From the IMG/VR virus record IMGVR_UViG_3300011008_000003: a stretch of 64,000 nt of DNA. One strand, 5' to 3'. The position numbers and the translations under genes were made by a program. Origin of the DNA: a virus (lineage: Duplodnaviria; Heunggongvirae; Uroviricota; Caudoviricetes). Shown here piece after piece: positions 27,767 through 37,064 of this stretch. Positions within the stretch are counted from its first letter, which is position 1. The number at the start of each line of letters is the position of its first letter. Below the pieces are notes generated by a model. That model was not told the origin of the DNA. It saw nothing but the letters and a program-made list of their open reading frames with translations, and made no database searches.

Positions 27767-28704
27767 TTACTAGTCCTCGTAACATAATATTCTTTAGCTT
27801 CTTTTTGTGCTTGGTTGTATTCGTCAGCCCAAGCGTCGATATATTCATTCCATTTCTTTTCAGGAGAATTTGCTTTCTTCTGTTCGGCAATGAATTTCTC
27901 GTTTAGTTTCTTGTAATATTTGTCCTGGTTCGCACAAGGGAACGGACAACTAGTACAACCGCCACAGTTAAAGAAACTATAGCACCATGCGTTATCATGG
28001 CAGTATGTCGGACATTCTTTCAGATAACGGATATAAGTAGCGAGCTTTTCTTCATGCGTGATATTCAGTTCTTTTTCGAGAACTTCCATCAACCTGTCGT
28101 TAAGATCTTCTTCCGTTCCGTTATTTTCGATAACCGACAATACGTCAGGAGGATCCATACTTTGAACCGGCATAAGGTCGGACTTGTAAATATTCAGATA
28201 TTTTTCGTCTTGCGTCTTATCGAGCATCATGAGCAAATCAGAATTTTTTCTAGCCTGTAACCTTTCCATTCTAATTTTTTCATCAGCCTTTACCATGATA
28301 ACGGTATCAATGGATAGGTAATTACGGCACCAGCCGAGTTCTGACGTCAATGCGGCTTCGAGAAAGATAACTTCCTTATTGTTATTGCTAGAATAAAAAT
28401 GACTTAACGAATCGAGCATTGGCCACATCACAGCTTGCATGATGTCATTACGCCAGCGCTTTGCATTTTCATCATCTCTAGTGAAAACTACGGATAATAA
28501 CTTATAAGTATCAATCATTCCTTCTTCATCAAGAACCCAAGGACCGAGATTATAAACGATGTCTCGGAATGAAGCCGGTTCCTGGTAATATTTCTTGAAT
28601 TCGGAATCCATATCGATTACTTTATAATGTTTCTTACGGAGAAGTTCAGAAACTTTGGACTTCCCGCTAGCCATTCTTCCAGTAATTAAAATAAATCTAC
28701 CCAT
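27763..28704 (-). CDS. coaE: Dephospho-CoA kinase with C-terminal Cys-rich extension
   Basis: LITGRMASGKSKVSELL..VIDMD..IFLEAAL..MVKADEKIRMERLQAR..VIENNG; extra CPTYC..C..CGGCTSCPFPC. Confidence 0.8.
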   Translation of the reverse strand: MGRFILITGRMASGKSKVSELLRKKHYKVIDMDSEFKKYYQEPASFRDIVYNLGPWVLDEEGMIDTYKLLSVVFTRDDENAKRWRNDIMQAVMWPMLDSLSHFYSSNNNKEVIFLEAALTSELGWCRNYLSIDTVIMVKADEKIRMERLQARKNSDLLMMLDKTQDEKYLNIYKSDLMPVQSMDPPDVLSVIENNGTEEDLNDRLMEVLEKELNITHEEKLATYIRYLKECPTYCHDNAWCYSFFNCGGCTSCPFPCANQDKYYKKLNEKFIAEQKKANSPEKKWNEYIDAWADEYNQAQKEAKEYYVTRTSK

Positions 28705-28706
28705 AG

Positions 28707-28847
28707 TTAAAACCCGTCGTTAAAACCGCCTTCGTCATATCTGCTCATGAAATGTTCCCAAAGGCGTTCGTTGTATTCTTCTTCAATAATCATTTCCTCT
28801 AGTTCAGCTTCACGCAAGAGCTCTTCTTCAGTCTTTTCTTCATCCAT
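28707..28847 (-). CDS. Small very acidic peptide between coaD and coaE
   Basis: MDEEKTEEELLREAELEEMIIEEEYNERLW... Confidence 0.55.
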   Translation of the reverse strand: MDEEKTEEELLREAELEEMIIEEEYNERLWEHFMSRYDEGGFNDGF

Positions 28848-29397
28848 GGTATGCATCCAAGATTTCTTTAAGAGTGTTCTGGCGTAATTCAGTTCCCGTC
28901 GTCCAGCAAGAGTTAAAAAACAAATCACTGAACTGCTTAACGTCTGCGAATTTCAAGAACTGCTTTACTGCAGTAGAAGACAAATGCTTTGTATGCTTGT
29001 CTGCTGCGAAATATACGTAATTCAGTTCGAATCCCATTTTTTTCTTGAGCACATTATTATATTCACGCTGTGATTCTTCGAAATCCATGTCAGCCTGGTT
29101 ACGAATACCGCGAATGACCGTGGTAATGCCTTTGGATTCGCAATATTCGGTAAGTCCTTTGTCAGTGACATCGTAGGAAATTTTCTTTTCACATGTCGTA
29201 TCTTTGAAAAAGTTCTTAATCCAGGTCATACGTGTCTTAGCCGGAACAGAATAATTCTTATCCGGATTCGATGCGACAAGAACGATAACCTTATCGAAGA
29301 CATGAGTAGCCTGGTAAATCGTAGTCAAATGACCCGGATGAACCGGGTTGAATGAACCGGGGAATACTGCAACGTTTTTAGTTTTCTTCGATTTCAT
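28840..29397 (-). CDS. coaD: Phosphopantetheine adenylyltransferase
   Basis: AVFPGSFNPVHPGHL, NPDK, VIRGIRNQADMDFE, HLSSTAVK; GAGGA RBS. Confidence 0.9.
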   Translation of the reverse strand: MKSKKTKNVAVFPGSFNPVHPGHLTTIYQATHVFDKVIVLVASNPDKNYSVPAKTRMTWIKNFFKDTTCEKKISYDVTDKGLTEYCESKGITTVIRGIRNQADMDFEESQREYNNVLKKKMGFELNYVYFAADKHTKHLSSTAVKQFLKFADVKQFSDLFFNSCWTTGTELRQNTLKEILDAYHG

Positions 29398-30250
29398 TTT
29401 TATCCTCTTCATGAGACTGGACTTTACGCAAGCTTTCCAGGATGATTCTCAGTTTTTCATGTTCTTCTTTGCTGAAGTCATATTCTTTGTCGCCGTATGC
29501 AAGCGTACAAACATCGTCTATGACCTGAGCAATCGTCGGTTTTTTCGGGTAGGCTTTTTTCCATGCCCATTTTTCCGAACGGTCATAATCAGGTTCAGGA
29601 ATTTTACGTTCAAACTGTCCTTCATACCAGGTTTTGTAGCGGTCGCTATAATCCCAGTCAATCAGGCGTTCAATACCGAAGTTATCCAACAGACCTTCAC
29701 GACCTTTCGGTGAAAGGTTATGCAGAATTTCGGCGATTTCACAACATTTCCTGAAGTCAGCTACGACGTTATCATAGAAACGTTGACAGTTGAGGTGACG
29801 AATTCTCCAGAGTTTATCACGCTGGGCTTCATATTTTTCGTATTCGTCGAAACTCAAATCTTCATAGTTCGGATAAACCGCTTCAATCGGTGTAGAGTAA
29901 TCACCTTTGACACGAATATGAACAGCAGTCAGTTCCATAAACTGTTGAAGTTTTGCCAAGAATTTCTGTGTTTCTCCAATCGTCTGTTCGTCTTCGCGGT
30001 CACGAAGAGAACCGATTACGGTAACATAGCCATAGTTAAAGGTTTCACCGTCTTCAGAAGAAAACGAACTCGGCGAAACAGGAGGGTTTACGAAGAATTT
30101 TACCGGACCTTCGGAGCCAGTAATATCAAAACCGTTACGACGAGTCATTTTGATAGCCCATTCGATATAGGCTACGATACGATCTTTGCTGCCGGACTGA
30201 AACGGCAATTGTGCGTTAAATGTTCCACGAATGTATGTCCAATGACTCAT
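29378..30250 (-). CDS. Conserved phage protein (MSxWTxIxG..GSEG..GSLRD type)
   Basis: AAGGAG RBS; first gene after promoter. Confidence 0.75.
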   Translation of the reverse strand: MSHWTYIRGTFNAQLPFQSGSKDRIVAYIEWAIKMTRRNGFDITGSEGPVKFFVNPPVSPSSFSSEDGETFNYGYVTVIGSLRDREDEQTIGETQKFLAKLQQFMELTAVHIRVKGDYSTPIEAVYPNYEDLSFDEYEKYEAQRDKLWRIRHLNCQRFYDNVVADFRKCCEIAEILHNLSPKGREGLLDNFGIERLIDWDYSDRYKTWYEGQFERKIPEPDYDRSEKWAWKKAYPKKPTIAQVIDDVCTLAYGDKEYDFSKEEHEKLRIILESLRKVQSHEEDKNEIEEN

Positions 30251-30275
30251 TATTATTACTCCTTGTTACCGCCTA

Positions 30276-30310
30276 AATATAATAAAAACGGGTCTACATG
30301 TCAACCCGTT
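30276..30310 (-). promoter_or_regulatory. Fused terminator/early promoter element
   Basis: AACGGGTTGAC..GACCCGTT-TTT; TTGACA-N17-TATATT. Confidence 0.8.
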
Positions 30311-30503
30311 TCGTGCAATTTTCTGTCTCGAAGGATGAGCCCTTAAGTTTTGGTTTTTTCCTTAGAAGTTTATCGAATTCTTTAGCTAATCGTTGTGAAT
30401 CGGATAAAGGTTTTCGTGGCTTCTTCGGTTTAGGCTTAGAAACTGCCGGAGTATCTGTTATTTCTCTGTCAACTTCTAATACTTTCCATTCACTTATTAT
30501 CAT
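30294..30503 (-). CDS. Small basic protein
   Basis: ATGA-coupled; LAKEFDKLLR motif. Confidence 0.6.
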   Translation of the reverse strand: MIISEWKVLEVDREITDTPAVSKPKPKKPRKPLSDSQRLAKEFDKLLRKKPKLKGSSFETENCTKRVDM

Positions 30504-30910
30504 TTCTTAACTCTCAATAAATTGTCGTATTTTTCTGCCGTAGACTTTAATTGTTTAACTTCTTTCTCTTCATATACTACAGTAAAATTTGTATCTGATA
30601 AATCTTTGAAACATCTGGCTTTCCATAATGCAAGAAGCTTATTGGCGTTCTTCTGTCCTGGAATTAAATATCCTCTTGCTGGATATGAAATAGTGGAAGC
30701 AGAATAACTGATAGCTTTATTGGAATAATAACATAAGAACTCTTCTTCGTTATATTTTACATTTTTCCATTTCGGACGCCAAAGATTAAAAATAGATGGA
30801 TTCTTCTTATACTGTACGATATAATACCAGCCATCCCAGTTAGGAATAGTTCCAGAAATCTTATCATGAAATCTTGAAAGCATGTCAGTCTTTATGATTC
30901 TGAATTCCAT
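30500..30910 (-). CDS. Hypothetical protein
   Basis: FRII..YIVQYK..W..W family (cf. 43498); ends TAEKYDNLLR. Confidence 0.7.
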   Translation of the reverse strand: MEFRIIKTDMLSRFHDKISGTIPNWDGWYYIVQYKKNPSIFNLWRPKWKNVKYNEEEFLCYYSNKAISYSASTISYPARGYLIPGQKNANKLLALWKARCFKDLSDTNFTVVYEEKEVKQLKSTAEKYDNLLRVKK

Positions 30911-31392
30911 TATTCCCTCAAGAATTTTTCATATTGCTGTGTCATTGTCATTTTTTCCGGACGATGCTTCGTAACAAACATAATAAACAAAATTGTCGGG
31001 TTAATAAATATATGCTTGATTAACGATATAGTAATCAGAACTGGGAATGTAATTACCCAGCTGAATGTACAAATATACCAGATATAAAACATCGTATAGG
31101 TCAATGCATGGTCATTTTCATCGTCATACCAGTTCTCATGGTTTACAAGATATGTAACATAGAAAGCCCAGCCAAGGATAACGATGATTAAGAATAATAT
31201 CGGAAGCCACTGGTTATTCTGAAGAAACAGGACAAACGGATCCGGTTCACGATATTTACCCATCGAATATAATAAAAAGACAAAACTAGTCATCGATATA
31301 AAAATCGATATGATTAATGAAATGACGCCAAAAACGGAGCTCTCTCCGTTCTGTAAAACATCGCCATGCATTTTCCTTAGTATATTTCTCAT
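30910..31392 (-). CDS. Membrane protein, paralog of 31398-31853
   Basis: NHENWYDDENDHALTYT..TFSW; ends TMTQQYEKFLRE. Confidence 0.75.
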   Translation of the reverse strand: MRNILRKMHGDVLQNGESSVFGVISLIISIFISMTSFVFLLYSMGKYREPDPFVLFLQNNQWLPILFLIIVILGWAFYVTYLVNHENWYDDENDHALTYTMFYIWYICTFSWVITFPVLITISLIKHIFINPTILFIMFVTKHRPEKMTMTQQYEKFLRE

Positions 31393-31397
31393 TGTAA

Positions 31398-31853
31398 TTA
31401 CCTTTTTAATAAAGTGTCATACTGTTCTGCTATTGTTTGTTTTGTTTTCTTCTTTCTAGTTCCAGAAAGCAAACGGATTAAACCGATAGTGCAATCGTAG
31501 AAAATGAACTTACCTATTATTCCAAGTGCAATTGCTGGATAATAAATCGCCCAACTGAACGTAAGAATATACCAGAGATACCATAATGTATATGATAACA
31601 CATGGTCTTCCTCATGTTCAAACCAGGCTTCATGATTCGATGCATATATACCGTGAAATACCCAGCCAATCGCAGACATAATAAATAATGTCGTCGGAAT
31701 CCACTTATGTGCCTTTAACATAAGAGTTGTACTGTCATTCAAGTTACTAAAATGTGCACACATTGTAGTAATGAAGATAAATACTCCTATTTCAAGAGCA
31801 CAGACGTAGATAAAAAACGACGTATTACCTTTTAGAATATCAGATTTTGACAT
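31398..31853 (-). CDS. Membrane protein, paralog of 30910-31392
   Basis: NHEAWFEHEEDHVLSYT..TFSW; ends TIAEQYDTLLKR. Confidence 0.75.
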   Translation of the reverse strand: MSKSDILKGNTSFFIYVCALEIGVFIFITTMCAHFSNLNDSTTLMLKAHKWIPTTLFIMSAIGWVFHGIYASNHEAWFEHEEDHVLSYTLWYLWYILTFSWAIYYPAIALGIIGKFIFYDCTIGLIRLLSGTRKKKTKQTIAEQYDTLLKR

Positions 31854-31854
31854 A

Positions 31855-32409
31855 TTATGCCTTATTAGCTTCAAGTAACTTCTGCATGACAAACTGGTTA
31901 AGTCCAGCATCACCGTGAGGCAAGAAAAGCATAGTCTGCATATTTGAATTCATGTAAAGGTCATTAATAAACGAACCGACTGCGACAGAACGGCTCTTTC
32001 CTGAACGACAATGGATATACCAGTATTTTGCCGTTTCGAAATTGTCCTTAATGAACTTTACGAGCTTGCTTGCCTGTTCATCGGTAATTCCATAAGCAAT
32101 ACCGTATTTTGTTTCCATATATTCCATAACAATGTCGTCAAAATCAAGATTAATGACATTATGGCTATCCTGCTTGAACCAGTGTTCGTCATATTCATGC
32201 TTATGGTTACGAAGATAGTTTTCTTGAATATCATGTGTACAGCCTATAGAAATACAGGCTACGTTATCAGGAACATTCTGCGTATCAGAATGCCAACCGT
32301 AACTGTACATGTAGTTATTGAACGACTTATGCGGATATACATGTATCAGAATACGGTCTGCCGGGGCAAGAGGCTTATCATACGGAATATTCTGCGGTAT
32401 CATACTCAT
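31855..32409 (-). CDS. Cys-based (tyrosine/dual-specificity) phosphatase
   Basis: HCRSGKSRS CX5R motif; LDFDD. Confidence 0.88.
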   Translation of the reverse strand: MSMIPQNIPYDKPLAPADRILIHVYPHKSFNNYMYSYGWHSDTQNVPDNVACISIGCTHDIQENYLRNHKHEYDEHWFKQDSHNVINLDFDDIVMEYMETKYGIAYGITDEQASKLVKFIKDNFETAKYWYIHCRSGKSRSVAVGSFINDLYMNSNMQTMLFLPHGDAGLNQFVMQKLLEANKA

Positions 32410-32497
32410 TCCTTATAGTTTCGAATTCTACGGCAGTTTCCTGTACCGTATCGTGTTCAAATGGCACGCCTTCACCGATTTTCTGTTCTTCTTCCAT
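32378..32497 (-). CDS. 39-aa acidic peptide
   Basis: Manual: MEEEQKIGEGVPFEHDTVQETAVEFETIRNEYDTAEYSV. Confidence 0.5.
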   Translation of the reverse strand: MEEEQKIGEGVPFEHDTVQETAVEFETIRNEYDTAEYSV

Positions 32498-32499
32498 AT

Positions 32500-33225
32500 T
32501 TAACCTATAGATTTAAGGTTATCAAATTCTTCCTGAGTAAAGCAATTAGTCACGAAGTCGGAAAAATTGTACTTCTGGTTAACAATATAGTAATATGGTT
32601 CAGTTTCGTAAATAGGTCCGATTGAATCAATACCAACAAGTCTTGATTCCATGACTTTTACACAGAACCAGTCCTTACTAATAGGAACGATTTTAACTTC
32701 AGTCCCGTTCGGAAGCATGGTCATTTCCGGATCCATTTTCAAATAGAACAGGAATTTCTTAACCGGTACCTTTTCCAAGGCATACTTACGGTAATGGTTA
32801 TACTTCCATTTCAGGATTTCTTTCTTTCTCTTGTAAATATCGAGAGACTGAATCAGCCTGTTCTTAAATTCCTTACTGAATTCGTCAAGTGTAAGTTCAG
32901 AATTACCGAAGCATAGTTCTTCGTCATGCATAAGGGTTGCTTGCTTGAAGTCAACCGTATATACCCAGAATTTGGTACGCTTGAAAATCGGAAGAATTTC
33001 AAACCTGTCATGAAGCAAGGTATCGAAGTCCTTTTTGAACTTAAAGCTTGACGCGAACATAATTTTATCAAAAATAAAACTGCCAAACTTAGCCAAAAGA
33101 ATATTCTGGTTTAATTCTAAATCAATATATGAAAAATTTACACCACCGCCAGTATACGTGACAATAATACCTTGCTTGCCAAGTTCTTCCACATTATAAC
33201 AGTCTTTAAACTGATAGTTAGGCAT
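32500..33225 (-). CDS. Hypothetical protein
   Basis: GGAGG RBS. Confidence 0.75.
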   Translation of the reverse strand: MPNYQFKDCYNVEELGKQGIIVTYTGGGVNFSYIDLELNQNILLAKFGSFIFDKIMFASSFKFKKDFDTLLHDRFEILPIFKRTKFWVYTVDFKQATLMHDEELCFGNSELTLDEFSKEFKNRLIQSLDIYKRKKEILKWKYNHYRKYALEKVPVKKFLFYLKMDPEMTMLPNGTEVKIVPISKDWFCVKVMESRLVGIDSIGPIYETEPYYYIVNQKYNFSDFVTNCFTQEEFDNLKSIG

Positions 33226-33226
33226 A

Positions 33227-33418
33227 TTACCTCCGGGTAATGAAACCTAGTGCATAAAGGACAAAGTAAATCACGGCGGCGAATAGGATTACCGGCAAGA
33301 ATGCATAAATCAAGCAGATAATCAGAATAATCCAAGGCAGGTTAAAGTAATTCCTGTCAGTAATGATAAACCATACACAAAGAATGGTTGCGAGAATAAG
33401 CCATGTTGAAATAATCAT
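33227..33418 (-). CDS. Small membrane protein
   Basis: Hydrophobic 63 aa. Confidence 0.7.
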   Translation of the reverse strand: MIISTWLILATILCVWFIITDRNYFNLPWIILIICLIYAFLPVILFAAVIYFVLYALGFITRR

Positions 33419-33876
33419 TTTTTATTTTCCTCTATGAGTTTAAGTTTTTGTTCTTCAAGTTCTGCATCATGCCGAGCGATGAGGTCCTTAAGAGAATCCT
33501 TACGTTCTTCGGCATATTTAAGATTTTGCCGCCAGCGTTCTATGGTATAGTCCTTTCCTCCGCCTTTTGCAATCTTCTTGGTAAGCTTTTCAATTTCCTT
33601 GTCGCATTCTACGATTGACCTATCATAATCGTTATGCCACCAGGGTTTATCACTATAGAAATGAGCGGTTGAAGTACGAACCATAGTATTAGAATCGGTA
33701 CACGATCCTTCCATTGCCGCGGATTGCCAAAGAAACGGGAACAGGTCTTCAAGGCAATTGATTTCAACCTTATTCCCCTTCAAATAGATTATATCTTTTT
33801 CTGTATCTATAGATTCCTTGAGCGTACCGTAAGCACAGCGACCAAGATCATTAAAACAATTAAGCGTAAAAACCAT
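33415..33876 (-). CDS. Hypothetical protein, coiled-coil C-terminus
   Basis: GAGG RBS after promoter. Confidence 0.75.
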   Translation of the reverse strand: MVFTLNCFNDLGRCAYGTLKESIDTEKDIIYLKGNKVEINCLEDLFPFLWQSAAMEGSCTDSNTMVRTSTAHFYSDKPWWHNDYDRSIVECDKEIEKLTKKIAKGGGKDYTIERWRQNLKYAEERKDSLKDLIARHDAELEEQKLKLIEENKK

Positions 33877-33895
33877 ATTATAACCTCTAGCCTAA

Positions 33896-33923
33896 AATAT
33901 AGTAAAAATTACTATTTTGTAAA
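33896..33923 (-). promoter_or_regulatory. Early promoter TTTACA-N16-TATATT
   Basis: Consensus boxes. Confidence 0.6.
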
Positions 33924-34673
33924 CTATTCACCCAAGATTTTGCGATACTTTTGATAATTCTTATTTACTGTCCCGACATACTTCATGGTTTCAGGCGGAA
34001 TAAATGCAGAATTATCGCCATTCATATAAAGCCTGTAATTAGCAGCAATCTTTGGTCCGCCGTTATATCCAGCCGAAACGAGTTCGCTCCTGTCGTACTT
34101 CTGTTTTAGGATGTAGATATAAAGAATACCGATTTTGATATTCTTCTTCAGGTCATAGATGTCTCCTTCCTCATACGGATAACCGTATCGCCTTGCAATC
34201 GAGACAAACGTCGAAGGCATAATCTGCATAAGGCCGCGAGCACCGACATTTGAGATTGCCTTGTAGTTAAACCTGGACTCAGCCTGAATTAACGCCAGTG
34301 CATAGCTGTATTTGACGCCGATACGATCACATTCGTCGTAAATCAGGGTAGCGAGCCTAAGACATTCCAGTTCGTTGAAATCAGGACGAACATCTCTGAT
34401 GATAAGCTGGCCGTTTGTGACCTTGTACTTTCGGATAGATGATTCTTCAATTCCGAGCTTGAGCTTATCGATTTCGTTGATAAGGCTATCTTGCTTCAGG
34501 CTTGATTCTGCAAGAAGCTTGTTGACGTGCTTTACCAATTCTGCATTTTTCTCAGAATGCATCTGGTAAATATTCATCGACGCAATTGCCAGGAGCAATG
34601 CGATGCAGAAGAGATTGATGAACTGTCTGTATTTGCGATTGAATCGCTTCAGAGATACTAGAAATGTTTTCAT
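33924..34673 (-). CDS. Membrane-anchored SLT lytic transglycosylase
   Basis: N-terminal TM; LIQAESRF, GARGLMQIMP, YNGGP, PETMKYV. Confidence 0.92.
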   Translation of the reverse strand: MKTFLVSLKRFNRKYRQFINLFCIALLLAIASMNIYQMHSEKNAELVKHVNKLLAESSLKQDSLINEIDKLKLGIEESSIRKYKVTNGQLIIRDVRPDFNELECLRLATLIYDECDRIGVKYSYALALIQAESRFNYKAISNVGARGLMQIMPSTFVSIARRYGYPYEEGDIYDLKKNIKIGILYIYILKQKYDRSELVSAGYNGGPKIAANYRLYMNGDNSAFIPPETMKYVGTVNKNYQKYRKILGE

Positions 34674-34674
34674 A

Positions 34675-35091
34675 TTAGATATTGTTGTTTATGACGGCAA
34701 GCGTATCTAAATGTTCCATAACGCTTTCATATGGAACTTTTGTATTTCGTCCACCGCCGTTGTGAGCATTAATAAGAAATTCTATAACGTTTTCCGCGGT
34801 TTTCAAAAATGCATCAAACTGGGTATGAGGTTTTATCACGTTAAACGCAATCCAAGATATATTATTCCTAAAATTCTTTTCAGATGAAGATATTGTAAGA
34901 GTATTCCAACGAGTATACCTTAATTCGAGTTTAATTACCGTATATTTCTGATGAGGATGTTCTGCCATTGCAAATGATAAGAATTCCACTGTTAACTCGT
35001 TTCCAACAGGTCCGTAAACTGCAATGTGTTCCTTGCCAAGGCAACGTTCCTTGATTTTATCCATCAATATTTCGTATTCTCGTAACATCAA
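34675..35091 (-). CDS. Hypothetical protein (leaderless start)
   Basis: Start 5-8 nt after -10. Confidence 0.7.
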   Translation of the reverse strand: MMLREYEILMDKIKERCLGKEHIAVYGPVGNELTVEFLSFAMAEHPHQKYTVIKLELRYTRWNTLTISSSEKNFRNNISWIAFNVIKPHTQFDAFLKTAENVIEFLINAHNGGGRNTKVPYESVMEHLDTLAVINNNI

Positions 35092-35096
35092 ACTAT

Positions 35097-35130
35097 AATA
35101 TAGAAAAAGGGCTGACTTTCGTCAACCCTT
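35097..35130 (-). promoter_or_regulatory. Fused terminator/early promoter element
   Basis: AAGGGTTGAC-GAAA-GTCAGCCCTTTTT-C-TATATT. Confidence 0.9.
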
Positions 35131-35149
35131 AATAGGTAAAACAAATTGT

Positions 35150-35881
35150 TTAGAAATCAGAAAGACTGTCTCTGTCGTAGAAGTCTTCATCCGGGTTCTT
35201 TTCCGGGAATTCTTCAAGTTCAGAACCGTATTCAATATCGTCGTCATCTTCGAATTCGTTATCACCGAGCGTATCGGCAATGAGATCGTCTAATCCTTCA
35301 TCGGTAGGACCTTCAGTCGGGGTTCCAAGAAGAACATCCTGGTCAACATCCGGATAAACCTTCTGAAGAAGGTCAAGTCCGTCAGGCATGATGAACCACT
35401 TATTACGAGAGTTATCATACTTGATGAAATAGTTATCGGTCATTGCAGCAAACATGCTCTGGTCAGTTCCTTCACGAATTCCAGCGATTTCCTTAAGTTC
35501 AGCCGGTTCAAGATAACCACCGTTATCATAAAGAGCCTTAAGAACCTTAATATAGATACGGTCTGCAGACGGTTTCGAGAAGTTATAGCTATACTTGCTT
35601 TCGACAATATAGCCATTTTTCTTAAGAAGATTCAATGCGTTTTTAACTTCTGCAGATTCTGCAGTAACTGGACGATTTGCACGACGTCCAATGCTGAAAA
35701 TATCTTCGATAGCTTCGACCGCATTGTTATAATCGCATGACTTCTTATCAACTGCCTGTAAAACCTTGAGAACAAGATTCTTAATCAAAGACAGATTACC
35801 GCTCGGAACATTAGACTTAGAAGCTTTACGAATATAATTGTAAACGTCTTCAAGTCCATTAATATTAACTTCGTTAATCAT
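35150..35881 (-). CDS. Late protein: internal LLKKNGYIVE tag, winged-helix-like domain, acidic tail
   Basis: Late promoter and AGGAG RBS; VLKALYDNGG..RNKWFIMPDGLDLL. Confidence 0.7.
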   Translation of the reverse strand: MINEVNINGLEDVYNYIRKASKSNVPSGNLSLIKNLVLKVLQAVDKKSCDYNNAVEAIEDIFSIGRRANRPVTAESAEVKNALNLLKKNGYIVESKYSYNFSKPSADRIYIKVLKALYDNGGYLEPAELKEIAGIREGTDQSMFAAMTDNYFIKYDNSRNKWFIMPDGLDLLQKVYPDVDQDVLLGTPTEGPTDEGLDDLIADTLGDNEFEDDDDIEYGSELEEFPEKNPDEDFYDRDSLSDF

Positions 35882-35900
35882 AATTTCTCCTGTTTTATAT

Positions 35901-35908
35901 TATTTATA
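35901..35908 (-). promoter_or_regulatory. T4-type late promoter TATAAATA
   Basis: Exact octamer upstream of RBS. Confidence 0.8.
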
Positions 35909-35909
35909 G

Positions 35910-37058
35910 TTATTCTGAATCTCTTTTAACGAAAAGCGTAAATCCAATAAAACCAATAAAATAAAGCAGGGCGAGAATAAGATATAACGTATTGGTGGTA
36001 AAGATGTTCGCAAGAACCGGACCTGCGATACCAGCCATACCCCAACCGCTAAGTGTCATTGCATGGACGGTAGAAACACAGGAATTTCCAAATCTCTTGG
36101 CGAGCAAGGACGGAAGACAGCTGAAGTTTCCACCATAAGAGAATTCACAGAATAAGATACCGATAAGCAAAAGAATCGGCTGTTGAGTATAGCAAAGGAA
36201 CGCTCCTAGAATACCCAGACTACAAACCCAGTGATATGCCGCCTTTCTTCCGATTTTATCCGATGCCGTACTCATTCCGAACCTGCCGCCGACGTTGGCA
36301 ATAGCCGTTAACGACATGAGCATTGCAATAGCCGTAAATCCGGATCCGAGTAGCAATCCCTTTTCCTGTGAAATCAAAGCGAGACCGCATGTAATGTTGA
36401 TAAAGAACATGAACCAGATAGAAATATATTCTTTCGTCAGGAATTTCGCTTTCCACAGGTTCTTATAAGGAACAGCGGTATAGATAGTCGAAATGTATGC
36501 AGGATTCGGCTTGTATAACCAGGAAGAAAGACTCATGACTCCAAGGAATATCGAACCCATCAAAAGGAAAACGACCGGTAACGAGAAACTGGTCAGGAAA
36601 TATTCAATCATAGGCGAGGCGACAAATTTACCGAGTCCGAATCCTGTAATTGCTAAACCGCTTGCGAGGCCTTTATGGTCGCTGAAGTTAGCCATAAGCT
36701 GCTTAATCGGCGACGTATAGCCTATTCCAGTTCCGCATCCCATGAAGGCACATGCGACATAATAAAGCGGAAGAAATCTGGAATAAACGGATAACGAAAG
36801 CATGAGCATGCCGACAGCGAACAGTACGGTTGATACGATAGCCATTCGTTTTGGATTCATCTCGACGAAACGGCCGAAAGCCGCAGCTCCCATGCCGAGG
36901 AAGAAGATAATGAGGGTAAACCCGATGTCAGCCTGGAATTTGCTAATATCGAAAGCCTCCATTATGTTCTTTGCATATTGTGAATAGTTATAGACGCTGC
37001 CTAATGAAATAGGCAGAATCAAACCTGGAATTAAAATATTTAAGTATCTGTTTTTCAT
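35910..37058 (-). CDS. MFS transporter, OFA (oxalate:formate antiporter)-like
   Basis: About 12 TM segments; GSVYNYS, KGLASGLAITGFGLG, NVGGRF..SDKIGRK, YGGNFS. Confidence 0.88.
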   Translation of the reverse strand: MKNRYLNILIPGLILPISLGSVYNYSQYAKNIMEAFDISKFQADIGFTLIIFFLGMGAAAFGRFVEMNPKRMAIVSTVLFAVGMLMLSLSVYSRFLPLYYVACAFMGCGTGIGYTSPIKQLMANFSDHKGLASGLAITGFGLGKFVASPMIEYFLTSFSLPVVFLLMGSIFLGVMSLSSWLYKPNPAYISTIYTAVPYKNLWKAKFLTKEYISIWFMFFINITCGLALISQEKGLLLGSGFTAIAMLMSLTAIANVGGRFGMSTASDKIGRKAAYHWVCSLGILGAFLCYTQQPILLLIGILFCEFSYGGNFSCLPSLLAKRFGNSCVSTVHAMTLSGWGMAGIAGPVLANIFTTNTLYLILALLYFIGFIGFTLFVKRDSE

Positions 37059-37064
37059 AGTACA

